Positions 33,760 through 33,761 of a stretch of 33,761 nucleotides of DNA are shown here, one piece after another. The notes beneath the pieces are model-generated. The model saw only the letters and a list, made by a program, of their open reading frames with translations. It was not told the origin of the DNA and did not search any database. Where the stretch lies: positions 1 to 33,761 of the IMG/VR virus record IMGVR_UViG_3300047505_000014. One strand, given 5' to 3'. Source of the stretch: a virus (Duplodnaviria; Caudoviricetes). The translations under genes were made by a program, and so were the position numbers. The stretch's first letter is position 1. Each line of letters begins with the position of its first letter.

Positions 33760-33761
33760 AG

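Noticed and set aside
1-33761. Genome-wide stop-codon reassignment
   Set aside because: Long conserved genes are intact in the standard code, and TAG, TGA and TAA all end genes at natural C-termini.

Overview
This window is a GC-rich, gene-dense segment of a tailed dsDNA bacteriophage or prophage, with two convergent arms meeting at a long hairpin near 8.3 kb. The plus-strand arm (1-8294) is a late module. It carries Thr-rich GPT-repeat fibre/decoration genes, a 7-blade repeat beta-propeller, two glycosyltransferases (one fused to TPR and radical-SAM/SPASM domains), and a lysis-like cassette in which a papain-type C1 peptidase sits between membrane proteins. The minus-strand arm (8380-33761) is an early/middle module. 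It carries a Toprim primase-helicase, endonuclease VII, RuvC-like nuclease, SNF2 helicase, Sak4-like ATPase/SSB/exonuclease and a family of paralogous HTH proteins. It also carries a WbpD/WbpE/WbpB-like amino-sugar trio and a 7-deazaguanine pathway (FolE, QueD, QueE, a DpdL-like QueD paralogue, a TGT/DpdA-like protein; no QueC in the window). That pathway runs without a gap into a DUF1599 protein and a uracil-DNA-glycosylase/PolA fusion. Main leads: (i) a probable guanine-replacement (DG/CDG) DNA modification system linked to a UDG-polymerase; (ii) a probable virion glycosylation system with an unusual GT2-TPR-rSAM fusion; (iii) a fibre gene apparently split by a 73-nt TAG-hairpin-RBS-ATG cassette; (iv) several structured intergenic RNAs. 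All calls come from reading motifs by eye; no database search was run.
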